A DNA stretch of 64,000 bases. Source: Candidatus Daviesbacteria bacterium (GTDB lineage: Bacteria; Patescibacteriota; Microgenomatia; Daviesbacterales; UBA10151). Positions 1 to 8,731 of the stretch are shown piece by piece; positions within the stretch are counted from its first letter, which is position 1, and each line of letters begins with the position of its first letter. The notes under the pieces were generated by a model. It did no database searches and was not told the origin of the DNA. It saw only the letters and a program-made list of their open reading frames with translations. The stretch spans positions 2,317-66,316 of the forward strand of contig JACPEW010000006.1 in assembly GCA_016183305.1 (NCBI GenBank), read 5' to 3'. The translations under genes were made by a program, and so were the position numbers.

Positions 1-158
1 TGCATGGTTCACTTTTACCTAAAAATCCTAAGTTAGCTGACTGGCTTCTACAAAAAGCTTTAGAAATAAAATATGGCAAACAAATTGAGCTTAAACCTTT
101 AGATGATACTCTAGAACTACAAGCTCACCAAAAAGCCATCTCAAGATTCAGCAAATAA
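1..158 (+). CDS. gatD: C-terminal part of type 1 glutamine amidotransferase (GatD/CobQ-like), truncated by window edge
   Basis: Frame 3 reads HGSLLPKNPKLADWLLQKAL...LDDTLELQAH..*, the typical GatD C-terminus. Confidence 0.75.
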   Translation, partial: HGSLLPKNPKLADWLLQKALEIKYGKQIELKPLDDTLELQAHQKAISRFSK

Positions 159-180
159 TCTGCTAAAATACACCTAGGAA

Positions 181-263
181 GCGGATGTGGTGAAACGGTA
201 TACACGATAGGTTTAGGACCTATTGCCCGCAAGGGCGTGGAGGTTCGATTCCTCTCATCCGCA
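181..263 (+). tRNA. tRNA-Leu(TAG)
   Basis: Acceptor GCGGATG/CATCCGC, anticodon stem ATAGG-TTTAGGA-CCTAT, long variable arm, GGTTCGATT T-loop. Confidence 0.95.
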
Positions 264-334
264 CTCTTACTATTTTCTTACTATTTAGCGATTTGACTTC
301 TGGTATAAAAGAGTTAGAATATCCTCGTCTAACT

Positions 335-574
335 ATGAATGATCCAGTAAACCCAGCAAGTCCTGAATTTGGACCGGGCGGTCCTGTCAGACAACCAGAA
401 ACTACTATAACAGCATCATCTGGTAGAACAATAATTTTTAATCAACACCCTGCGCCAAACACTGGCCCTATGCCACCTAGCGATCCAGCAACAATTATTG
501 AGGCAGGCAAAAGAGCCCTACCTCTGCCAGAAACGCGACGCCGGGCTGCTGAAGCAATCCAAGAAACTAAGTAG
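335..574 (+). CDS. hypothetical Pro-rich protein
   Basis: ORF; ATG 335 lies downstream of TTGACT(292)..TAGAAT promoter-like motifs. Confidence 0.5.
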   Translation: MNDPVNPASPEFGPGGPVRQPETTITASSGRTIIFNQHPAPNTGPMPPSDPATIIEAGKRALPLPETRRRAAEAIQETK

Positions 575-615
575 ATTTCTGAAAAATTGGCTGAAAAGGT
601 GTAAAATATACACCC

Positions 616-1290
616 ATGAACACCTTTGGAACAAAAAATAGGATTAATCCCAAGAATATCCTGGGGGGTATGGGCTTTTTTGATGAAACTGGTTTTGAAA
701 AAGAGTCAGCCATGGTCTCTTCTGCAGTAGCCACTGTAGCCTCTGCTTCTAGCCAGGTGGTCAGTGGCTTTTTTGAAGCAGCTATCGGCCTGGGCCAAAA
801 TATCGGCGGAACTGAATCTAAACAGGAAGCAAACGGTAAATTCTCCAAAGGTTCTTTAAATAACTTTAATGATAAAGCCCGCTTTGAACAACTTCAGCAA
901 CAACAAACTGAAACAGAAAAGCAAAGAGCAGAAAAAGATAGAAAAACCATCTTCTTCCAGGCTCTTAAAGAAGACCAGCAAAGGGCTCAACAAGCTAAAG
1001 AAAAAAAGCTGGAAGAAGATGAGATAAATGATATTATTGCCAATTTACCGACAGAGCAAAAAAACAGGTTATTACACTACCAGGCAAGTTATAAGGACAG
1101 AAGTATTTACCAAAAAGCAGAACTTAGAAAGAAGCTGATTGAAGAACAAAAGAAAGCAGAAAAACAACAAAAAGAAGCACCCATCCCAAGTCCGGCTAAA
1201 CAACCTTCTGCTATGGAAGGCGCTTTTGAAGGCAGAAGCGGAGCCCAGGGCAGTGGTACCTCTAATTTATCTGCCCAAGCTGTAGGGTAA
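616..1290 (+). CDS. hypothetical coiled-coil protein
   Basis: 224-aa ORF rich in Q/E/K, with a TAAAAT box 8 nt upstream. Confidence 0.7.
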   Translation: MNTFGTKNRINPKNILGGMGFFDETGFEKESAMVSSAVATVASASSQVVSGFFEAAIGLGQNIGGTESKQEANGKFSKGSLNNFNDKARFEQLQQQQTETEKQRAEKDRKTIFFQALKEDQQRAQQAKEKKLEEDEINDIIANLPTEQKNRLLHYQASYKDRSIYQKAELRKKLIEEQKKAEKQQKEAPIPSPAKQPSAMEGAFEGRSGAQGSGTSNLSAQAVG

Positions 1291-1349
1291 GTGTGCTAAA
1301 ATATCCCAGTGTGTCCTTGTCAAAAACTGTCATTTAGACAATTTTTGAC

Positions 1350-1391
1350 AAGCGGTCTCCCTTGCCGGGTCAGACTCGGCTCCGGTCCGAT
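1350..1391. repeat. conserved-flank hairpin element, copy 1
   Basis: AAGCGGTCTCCCT-[hairpin]-TCCGGTCCGAT; the same flanks occur inverted at 35798-35861. Confidence 0.7.
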
Positions 1392-1468
1392 GGGCGGTTA
1401 GCTCAGTTGATTAGAGCGCAGCATTGACATTGCTGAGGTCGTTGGTTTGACTCCATCACCGCCCACCA
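1392..1468 (+). tRNA. tRNA-Val(GAC), CCA encoded
   Basis: Acceptor GGGCGGT/ACCGCCC, anticodon stem CAGCA-TTGACAT-TGCTG, ends ACCA. Confidence 0.93.
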
Positions 1469-1496
1469 TTGACAATCCGGTAAGAAATATCATAAT
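1469..1496 (+). promoter_or_regulatory. sigma70-type promoter for the thrS leader
   Basis: TTGACA(1469-1474), 16-nt spacer, CATAAT(1491-1496). Confidence 0.6.
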
Positions 1497-1505
1497 ATCA
1501 AAATA

Positions 1506-1565
1506 ATGATTAGATTTTTACAAACTTGTTGCACTACAACTATCCTTCTAAGGGAGGTTACGTAG
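1506..1565 (+). CDS. putative Thr-rich attenuator leader peptide MIRFLQTCCTTTILLREVT
   Basis: 19 codons with 5 Thr (three consecutive), upstream of a terminator and thrS. Confidence 0.75.
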   Translation: MIRFLQTCCTTTILLREVT

Positions 1566-1586
1566 TGTAATTTTTGTAAAAATTTA

Positions 1587-1625
1587 CACAAAGACAAACC
1601 TCCTCCAAAAGGAGGTTTTTTTGTG
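1587..1625 (+). terminator. intrinsic terminator (attenuator 3:4 hairpin)
   Basis: AAACCTCCT-ccaaa-AGGAGGTTT followed by a T run. Confidence 0.8.
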
Positions 1626-1646
1626 CTTTGAAAGGAGGTGATTTTC

Positions 1647-1832
1647 ATGAAAACAGAAATAGTAGCTGAAAGATTCCTTGGATCAGACATGAGCGATAAG
1701 GTGCGTTTGGCTGAACCAGCTGATGGTAATCCAAATAAACCACCACGCGTAATCCCATCTGATATGAGTAATCCTGGCAGATTATTCGGCGCAAAGGAAT
1801 GGGTTAATCCGGCGCTACCTATTACTAGGTAG
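1647..1832 (+). CDS. small hypothetical protein
   Basis: Strong SD AAAGGAGGTGA before ATG 1647; 61 aa. Confidence 0.55.
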   Translation: MKTEIVAERFLGSDMSDKVRLAEPADGNPNKPPRVIPSDMSNPGRLFGAKEWVNPALPITR

Positions 1833-1908
1833 TTTTTCTGTAGTAATTGGGATGGATGCTAGCTGTCCCAATCTACCAAAGTAAGAAGCTATCTGATATA
1901 TTACAGAT

Positions 1909-3645
1909 ATGGATAATAAAGATTTAAATAATCTAAGACATTCCTGTGCTCATCTTTTGGCAGCTGCTGTTTTGGAACTGTGGCCAGATACTAAACTGAC
2001 CATTGGTCCTGCTACTCAAGATGGGTTTTATTATGATTTTGAGTTTGTAAAACCCATAACTGAAGATGGCTTACCCAAGATAGAACAGAAGATGAAACAG
2101 CTTTTACCCAGCTGGACCCGTTTTGAACACAGGGAAGTAACAGAACAAGAAGCAAAAGAATTATTTAAAGATAACTCTTATAAACTAGAACTAATTGAGG
2201 AAATAGCACAAAAGAAAGAACCAATTACTCTTTATAAATCAGGAAACTTTGAAGATTTGTGCAGAGGAGGGCATTCTGAAAATCCCAGCAAAGAAATTGG
2301 AGCTTTGAAACTATTATCTATTGCTGGGGCTTATTGGAGGGGATCAGAGAAAAATAAAATGCTTACCAGAATCTATGGCACTTGTTTTCCCACTAGAGAA
2401 GAACTTGATGAGTATCTTAATATGTTGAAAGAAGCTAAAAAAAGAGACCATAGAAAATTAGGAAAAGAACTGGACTTATTTATCTTCTCAGACTTGGTTG
2501 GTCCTGGGCTGCCTTTATTTACCCCTAAAGGCACTATCTTAAGGGAAGAACTGTTTAAATTCTCAGAAAGCTTGCAGCTGGCTAATGGTTATCAAAGAGT
2601 TTGGATTCCCCATATCACTAAGACAGATTTATATAAAAAAAGCGGTCACTGGGATAAATTTGGCGGTGAATTATTCCTGGTTAAAAGCCGGGAAACCAGT
2701 GATCAGCTTGTCCTAAAACCAATGAATTGCCCACATCATGTTCAAATCTATGCTTCCAAACAAAGGAGTTATAAAGAGCTCCCAGTCAGATATATGGAAA
2801 CTACCACCCAGTATAGAGATGAAAAAATGGGTGAGCTGTTAGGTTTATCCAGAGTCAGGTCTATTTCTATTGATGATTCCCATATCTTTTGTACCATGGA
2901 TCAGGTTGAAGAAGAGTTCAGAAAAATCATGGATATGGTCAAAACTATGTATAAAACTTTAGGGATGGAGTTTAAAGCCAGGCTCTCTTTTAGAGATTCC
3001 TCAGATAAGTTTCTGGGTGAGCTTAAAGATTGGCAAAAGGCCCAAGCAATTATTGAACAGGTGGCTAAAAATTTAGGAATTAATTATTTTATTGCTGAAG
3101 GAGAGGCTGCTTTTTATGGTCCTAAAATTGATATTTTAGTTATGGATAGTTTAGGACGCGAGTGGCAATGTGCCACTGAGCAGCTTGATTTTGTCCAACC
3201 TCAAAGGTTTGGCCTAACTTATATTGATGCAGATGGTAGCGAAAAAACTCCATTTATGATCCATAAAGCAATCTTGGGTTCAATAGAAAGATTTCTCTCT
3301 GTTTATATAGAACACACTGGGGGGGCTTTTCCTATTTGGCTTTCGCCTGTACAAGTACAAATTATACCCATTGCTGATAGGCACCAAAAATATGGACAAA
3401 AGTTACTCGAACAATTAAAGTCTGCAAATATTAGATCAGAGATTGATTCAAGAGCAGAAAAAATGCAAGCAAAAATAAGGGATGCCCAACTGCAGAAGAT
3501 CCCTTATATGTTAATTATTGGTGATAGGGAAGAACAAGATAATAAAACAGCTGTTAGAACCAGGGCAGGGCAGGATTTAGGAGCAATAGAGTTTAAAGAA
3601 TTTTTAACAAAAATTAAATCTGAAATTGAGTTTAAATCTTCCTGA
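1909..3645 (+). CDS. thrS: threonine--tRNA ligase
   Basis: RHSCAHLLA, DLCRGGH, RDHRKLG, LKPMNCP, AFYGPKID motifs. Confidence 0.98.
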   Translation: MDNKDLNNLRHSCAHLLAAAVLELWPDTKLTIGPATQDGFYYDFEFVKPITEDGLPKIEQKMKQLLPSWTRFEHREVTEQEAKELFKDNSYKLELIEEIAQKKEPITLYKSGNFEDLCRGGHSENPSKEIGALKLLSIAGAYWRGSEKNKMLTRIYGTCFPTREELDEYLNMLKEAKKRDHRKLGKELDLFIFSDLVGPGLPLFTPKGTILREELFKFSESLQLANGYQRVWIPHITKTDLYKKSGHWDKFGGELFLVKSRETSDQLVLKPMNCPHHVQIYASKQRSYKELPVRYMETTTQYRDEKMGELLGLSRVRSISIDDSHIFCTMDQVEEEFRKIMDMVKTMYKTLGMEFKARLSFRDSSDKFLGELKDWQKAQAIIEQVAKNLGINYFIAEGEAAFYGPKIDILVMDSLGREWQCATEQLDFVQPQRFGLTYIDADGSEKTPFMIHKAILGSIERFLSVYIEHTGGAFPIWLSPVQVQIIPIADRHQKYGQKLLEQLKSANIRSEIDSRAEKMQAKIRDAQLQKIPYMLIIGDREEQDNKTAVRTRAGQDLGAIEFKEFLTKIKSEIEFKSS

Positions 3646-3740
3646 AAAAAATTTTAATGATTAAAAATCAAACCATTGAATCTCAAGCCTGGTTTATGTT
3701 AGAATCTACCAAAGATTATATGACAAAGGAGACTGTCTAA

Positions 3741-4280
3741 CTGGCCAAGTTCTATCGTTTGAATGAACATATCCAAGCTGAAAAGCTTAGGGTAATTGAT
3801 TCCAAGGGGGAACAATTAGGCATCTTAACTAAAGCAGAAGCTTTAGGAAAAGCTAAGGAATTAGGGCAGGATTTAATAGAAATCGCCCCAAATGCTGACC
3901 CTCCTGTTGCCAGGATAACTGACTTTCAAAAGTTCAGGTATGAGGAAAATAAAAAGGAAAGGGCATCAAGGAAAGGTAATTCTGCAGGAGAATTAAAAGA
4001 ACTTTGGCTATCTCCCAGGATAGCAGAACATGATCTTCAGGTTAGGTTAAATAGAACTGAAGAATTTTTGAAAACAGGCCATAAAGTAAAATTAACAGTT
4101 AAGTTTAAAGGCAGGGAAATGGCTCACCAGGAAATAGGGTACCGTGTCTTGCAAGAAGCTTTAACCCTCTTGGGTGACAAAGTTGCGGTAGAAAAAGATG
4201 CCAAAATGGAGGGAAGAAAGCTGTCAATGATTGTAGCAAAAAACAAAGGAGTAAAATCAAATGCCGAAACAGAAAACTAA
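3741..4280 (+). CDS. infC: translation initiation factor IF-3 (probable CTG start)
   Basis: NEHI..LRVID..GEQLG, KVKLTVKFKGRE; SD AAAGGAG 9 nt before an in-frame CTG. Confidence 0.95.
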   Translation: MAKFYRLNEHIQAEKLRVIDSKGEQLGILTKAEALGKAKELGQDLIEIAPNADPPVARITDFQKFRYEENKKERASRKGNSAGELKELWLSPRIAEHDLQVRLNRTEEFLKTGHKVKLTVKFKGREMAHQEIGYRVLQEALTLLGDKVAVEKDAKMEGRKLSMIVAKNKGVKSNAETEN

Positions 4281-4396
4281 CAAATCAATACTTAAAAGAG
4301 TGAAGATTACCTCAACTGGTAAACTATTAAGAAAGCACCAGTTTGGTTCAGGCCACCTTAAAAGCAAAAAGATTAAGAAAGGTGATTGGACTTTAA
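4261..4396 (+). pseudogene. rpmI: ribosomal protein L35 with internal deletion/frameshift (reads through into rplT)
   Basis: MPKQKTNKSILKRVKITSTGK N-terminus; a C-terminal KRLRKVIGL* lies in another frame ending TAA 4394-4396. Confidence 0.75.
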
Positions 4397-4743
4397 TGGC
4401 TAGAGTTAAAAGAGGGTTTGTTGCACACAGAAAACATAAAAAGGTTTTAGAACTTACCAAAGGCCACAGGGCTGGCAGAAGCAAGCTTATTAAAGAAGCA
4501 AAATCATCTCTCTTGCATGCAGGAGCTTATGCTTTTGCTGGCAGAAAACTTAGAAAACGTGATATGAGAGCCCTTTGGATTACTCAGCTTGGAATTGCAG
4601 TAAAAAATGAAGGCTTAAGCTATTCTAAGTTTATTTCCCAACTCAAAGCAAAAAATATCAACTTAGACAGAAAAATCTTAGCAGATTTGGCTGTCAATAA
4701 TCCTGATGACTTTAAAAAAATTATCACCCAAATCAAAAGTTAA
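4396..4743 (+). CDS. rplT: 50S ribosomal protein L20
   Basis: MARVKRG...RKLRKRDMRALWI...LDRKILADLA. Confidence 0.96.
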   Translation: MARVKRGFVAHRKHKKVLELTKGHRAGRSKLIKEAKSSLLHAGAYAFAGRKLRKRDMRALWITQLGIAVKNEGLSYSKFISQLKAKNINLDRKILADLAVNNPDDFKKIITQIKS

Positions 4744-5464
4744 ACCTTCCCATAAAGTTATCTTAGCAGTCGGAGCCCATCCTGATGATATTGATATTGG
4801 TTATTCAGGTTCCATAGCTAAATGGACAGAACAAGGAGCAGAAGTTTATTATTTAGTCTTAACTGATGGCAGCAAGGGCTCAGAAGACCCTCATATCTCC
4901 AATAAAGAATTAACTCAAATAAGACAGGCAGAACAACAAGCAGCAGCTGATATTTTGGGAGTAAAAAAAGTGTACTTTTTAAACTTTGTTGATGGGGAAC
5001 TGGAAAATACTCCTGCTTTAAGAAAACACATAATAAAAATTATCCGTCAAATTAAGCCTAATACAGTAATTTGTTCTGATCCAACTTTTTACTATGATAC
5101 GCACCGTCATTTTATAAACCATCCGGATCATAGGATAGCAGGGGAAGCAACAGTTGATTGTGTTTATCCTTTTGCCAGGAATGCCAGGACTTTCCCAGAA
5201 CTTCTAGCAGAGGGTTTGCAGTCTCATGTGGTAGAAGAACTGCTGCTGGTTAACTTTACTAAAGCTACTTACTTTATAGATATTAGTAAAACAATAGAGA
5301 AAAAAGTTACTGCTATATCAGCCCATAAAAGCCAGTTTAATGATATAAAAAAGTTTACTGAAATGATTAAACAAATGAGTTCCTTAATGGGTAAAAAAGC
5401 TAAGCCTAAGAAATTAAAGTATGCTGAAGGCTTTATCAGAATCCTCCTCCATCAATCTAGTTAA
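4706..5464 (+). CDS. PIG-L/LmbE family deacetylase
   Basis: AHPDD and HPDH motifs; start uncertain. Confidence 0.9.
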   Translation: MTLKKLSPKSKVKPSHKVILAVGAHPDDIDIGYSGSIAKWTEQGAEVYYLVLTDGSKGSEDPHISNKELTQIRQAEQQAAADILGVKKVYFLNFVDGELENTPALRKHIIKIIRQIKPNTVICSDPTFYYDTHRHFINHPDHRIAGEATVDCVYPFARNARTFPELLAEGLQSHVVEELLLVNFTKATYFIDISKTIEKKVTAISAHKSQFNDIKKFTEMIKQMSSLMGKKAKPKKLKYAEGFIRILLHQSS

Positions 5465-5562
5465 CCTAACGTGTTGTTCAAGCAATACAGTATTTCTGTC
5501 AGGATTCCAGTCTTCAACACCCTCATTTATCATAAGGCGCTTAGTGTGCTAGAATTGAGCTT

Positions 5563-6603
5563 GTGGAAGAAAAAATTTCTCAAATTCAAACTGAATATTT
5601 AGAACAAATCCAGCAAGCTCAAAGTTTAAAAGAGCTGGATGAGATTTTTTTAGGGCTATTTGGTAAGAAAGGCCAGCTTGATTTATTACCAAAAGAGTTT
5701 GGCAAACTTTCAATAGAGGAAAGGAAGAAAGTTGGGCCTTTATTCAATTCTGCTAAGCAGAATTTAGAGCAAGCTATTGAGAGAAAAAGAGGGGAAGTCC
5801 GCGGAGAAAGTTACAAAAAGCTTGCAAACGAAAAGCTTGATCTGTCTGATACTAAATTAATAACAAGGAAAGGCCATCTCCATCCTGTTACCCGGTTAGA
5901 AAACGGGGTTGTAACTTTATTTAAAAAACTAGGTTTTACCCAATACGGTGCTCCTCATATTGACAGCGAAGAATATAATTTTGAACTCTTAAATATCCCG
6001 CAAGGCCACCCAGCCAGGGATTTATGGGATACTCTATATATAGACCCACATAACTTAAAAGTCAGTCCAGGAGAATTACTGCTTAGAACTCATACCTCAA
6101 ATGCCCAAGTTAGATTAATGAAGGAATTTAAGCCTCCTATCAGAATGATGATTATTGACCGCTGTTTTAGATATGAAAATGTTGATGCCAGACACGAGCA
6201 TACCTTGGACCAATTTGAAATTGTTTATATAGACAAAGGTGTTAGTATGGCTAATTTGCAGTATTTATCAGAGTATTTTTTTCAAGGCATCTTAGGCAAG
6301 GATATAAAAGCAAGGCTAAGACCAAAATATTACCCTTTTGTTGAACCAGGAGCAGGGGTGGATGGTCTTTGTATTTTCTGTAAAGGTAAAGGCTGTAAGG
6401 TTTGTGGAGGAATAGGCTGGTTAGAACTGGCAGGAGCAGGTATGATTCACCCACAGGTTTTAAGAAATGGGGGGATCGACCCAAATGTTTATTCCGGAAT
6501 TGCCTGGGGCGCAGGCCCGGAAAGAATGGCCATGTTGAAATTCGGTATAGAAAATATCCGCTCATTTAAAAGTGGTGATCTAAAAATATTGGAGAAATTT
6601 TGA
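5563..6603 (+). CDS. pheS: phenylalanine--tRNA ligase alpha subunit
   Basis: GHLHP, HPARD, LLRTHTS, YPFVEP, GAGMIHP motifs. Confidence 0.97.
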   Translation: MEEKISQIQTEYLEQIQQAQSLKELDEIFLGLFGKKGQLDLLPKEFGKLSIEERKKVGPLFNSAKQNLEQAIERKRGEVRGESYKKLANEKLDLSDTKLITRKGHLHPVTRLENGVVTLFKKLGFTQYGAPHIDSEEYNFELLNIPQGHPARDLWDTLYIDPHNLKVSPGELLLRTHTSNAQVRLMKEFKPPIRMMIIDRCFRYENVDARHEHTLDQFEIVYIDKGVSMANLQYLSEYFFQGILGKDIKARLRPKYYPFVEPGAGVDGLCIFCKGKGCKVCGGIGWLELAGAGMIHPQVLRNGGIDPNVYSGIAWGAGPERMAMLKFGIENIRSFKSGDLKILEKF

Positions 6604-6606
6604 CTT

Positions 6607-6676
6607 TGTCATCCTGAACTTGATTCAGGATCTATACCAACAATCGTATAGATTCCAGATCAAGTCTGGAATGACA
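6607..6676. repeat. TGTCA-tagged palindromic repeat doublet
   Basis: TGTCATCCTGAACTTGATTCAGGATCT...AGATTCCAGATCAAGTCTGGAATGACA. Confidence 0.85.
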
Positions 6677-6687
6677 GAAAGGAATTT

Positions 6688-8328
6688 ATGAAAGTATCAA
6701 TAAATTGGTTAAAAGAATTAGTTGATTTAAAAATATCCATTGAAGAAGTTATTAGGCTGTTACCTCTTAGAACTATTGGCCTTAAAGAAGTAACCCCAGA
6801 TTATATTGAGCTGGATATGAAAGGTTATAACAGGGCAGACCTTTTATCCTTAAGAGGAGTGGCTTATGAAATAGCAGCTATAACCAATTCAGAAATTAAA
6901 TTTGAAGAAGAAAAACAATTTGTATGGGAAGAAAATAATTTAACCAAAACTAAAGTAACTGTGGAAAATAAATATCTAGCACCACTTTATTGTATTGCAA
7001 GAATAGAAAACCTTAAAGTTGAGGAGTCAAATGAAACATGGGTAAAAAGACTGAACGATTCAGGCATTAGAGCTGTAAATAATATAGCTGATGTTACTAA
7101 TCTAATAATGGTGGAGTTTGGACAACCAATGCATGCTTTTGATGCTGCCCAGGTAGCTGATGAGGCTATAATTGTTAAAGCAGCTAAAAATGGGGAAGAA
7201 TTAACGACTCTAGATGGAAAAGCAAGAAAGCTTACTCCTGAAGATTTGTTAATTACTGATCCTCAAAAAGCTTTAGGATTGGCTGGAGTAATGGGAGGCA
7301 AAAATTCAGAGGTTACAGAGGAAACTTCTGCTATTTTACTAGAAGCTGCTATCTTTGACTCAAAGACTTTAAGGAAAACCTCTACCAAATTAGGACTTGT
7401 ATCTGAAGCCGGCAAAAGGTTTTACCATGGCCTGACCAAACAAAGACTTTTCCAAGCTTTAAACAAAGCTATAAAAATGTATGAGGAAATTGGCGGTAGA
7501 TTAACTGCTTTAACAATTGTAGATAATCTAAACCAGCAGTCTATTACTTTAGACTTAACTCAAAAGAAAACTAACTCTCTTATTGGAATAGAAATTCCAG
7601 CTAAGCAAGTTGAAAAACATTTGGCAGCTTTAAGGTTTAAACTAGCTTCCCACATCGGAAGTGGGAGTGTAGTTTGGGAAGTGACTGTTCCATACTGGAG
7701 ACTGGATATAGAAATTGAGGAAGATTTAATTGAAGAAGTAACCAGGATGTATGGCTATGAAAAGATTCCAGCCAAGGCTTTGAACACAAATATACCAATC
7801 ATATCTCAAAATCTCTTTTTTGACCTGCTGGAGAGGCTTAAACAGGCATTTTCTCAGGCTGGTCTGACAGAAGTCCAAACCTATTCTTATTATTCCTCTC
7901 AAGTGATTAATAATTTAGGATTAAGGATTAATGATTTAATAAAAATAGCTAACCCAATATCATCTGAAACCGAATATTTAAGGGATAATCTCTGGCCAAA
8001 TCTTTTAGAAGTAACTGCTAAAAATACTAGGAATGGGACTGCTGATGCTGCTGTATTTGAAATAGGCAAAGTGTATAAGATACAAGATGGTTTACCACAA
8101 GAAAGCTACCACTTAAGCATTGCCTTAAGCAATGGTACAACCAATCCTCTGCAAGAGCTTAACCAGATAGCCCAAAAATTAAACCTTCAACTGAAGGATC
8201 AATTAACTGGTGAATACTTTCACCCAATAAGACATATTGAGGGAATAGCTGAAGTCCACCCAAGAATTGTTAATAAATTTAAAGTAGAACAAAGAATAGC
8301 CGTTTTAGAGTTGGATCTTTCTAGTTAA
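6688..8328 (+). CDS. pheT: phenylalanine--tRNA ligase beta subunit (short form)
   Basis: NRADLLS, GQPMHAFD, LAGVMGG, RLDIEIEEDLIEEV; at 546 aa it appears to lack the OB-fold and FDX-ACB domains. Confidence 0.95.
   Translation: MKVSINWLKELVDLKISIEEVIRLLPLRTIGLKEVTPDYIELDMKGYNRADLLSLRGVAYEIAAITNSEIKFEEEKQFVWEENNLTKTKVTVENKYLAPLYCIARIENLKVEESNETWVKRLNDSGIRAVNNIADVTNLIMVEFGQPMHAFDAAQVADEAIIVKAAKNGEELTTLDGKARKLTPEDLLITDPQKALGLAGVMGGKNSEVTEETSAILLEAAIFDSKTLRKTSTKLGLVSEAGKRFYHGLTKQRLFQALNKAIKMYEEIGGRLTALTIVDNLNQQSITLDLTQKKTNSLIGIEIPAKQVEKHLAALRFKLASHIGSGSVVWEVTVPYWRLDIEIEEDLIEEVTRMYGYEKIPAKALNTNIPIISQNLFFDLLERLKQAFSQAGLTEVQTYSYYSSQVINNLGLRINDLIKIANPISSETEYLRDNLWPNLLEVTAKNTRNGTADAAVFEIGKVYKIQDGLPQESYHLSIALSNGTTNPLQELNQIAQKLNLQLKDQLTGEYFHPIRHIEGIAEVHPRIVNKFKVEQRIAVLELDLSS
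7641..7673. repeat. TTCCCAC palindromic REP inside pheT
   Basis: CTAGCTTCCCACATCGGAAGTGGGAGTGTAG, encodes LASHIGSGSV. Confidence 0.85.
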
Positions 8329-8371
8329 TACTGAAGGCGGTGATTTAAGAATTGGGATAGTAGATCGAAGT

Positions 8372-8731
8372 ATGTTTCTTAAACTCACTCCTGAGCAGGC
8401 TCAAATTCTTGATAAATTGCTTTCAAGCGGAGATTATAGAGGATTTGTCTCTTCGTTAATAGATCAAGTGATGGATGATAATAAGATATTAAGTGAGGGT
8501 GTCCGTAGGACTACTAAAGATAACATGTTTCAAGCTCTAGCAAGAGAATATCTAACGCAGAAACTTCAAAGTTTACTAAGGTTCAGTTTAGATATAGACA
8601 ATTTTGCACTACTTAGAAAAATGCTTGAAGAGTTTGATCGGGCAAGATTAGAGGTTCCTTTGGAAATGCGGTTAATGATCAAAAGCGTTGAATCACTTCG
8701 TAAATTACAGTGCTACAGTAACTCCTATTGA
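8372..8731 (+). CDS. hypothetical protein
   Basis: 119-aa ORF with no recognised motif. Confidence 0.55.
   Translation: MFLKLTPEQAQILDKLLSSGDYRGFVSSLIDQVMDDNKILSEGVRRTTKDNMFQALAREYLTQKLQSLLRFSLDIDNFALLRKMLEEFDRARLEVPLEMRLMIKSVESLRKLQCYSNSY

Noticed and set aside
1500..1908. T-box riboswitch upstream of thrS
   Set aside because: No T-box UGGNACC antiterminator motif found; the leader-peptide model fits better.
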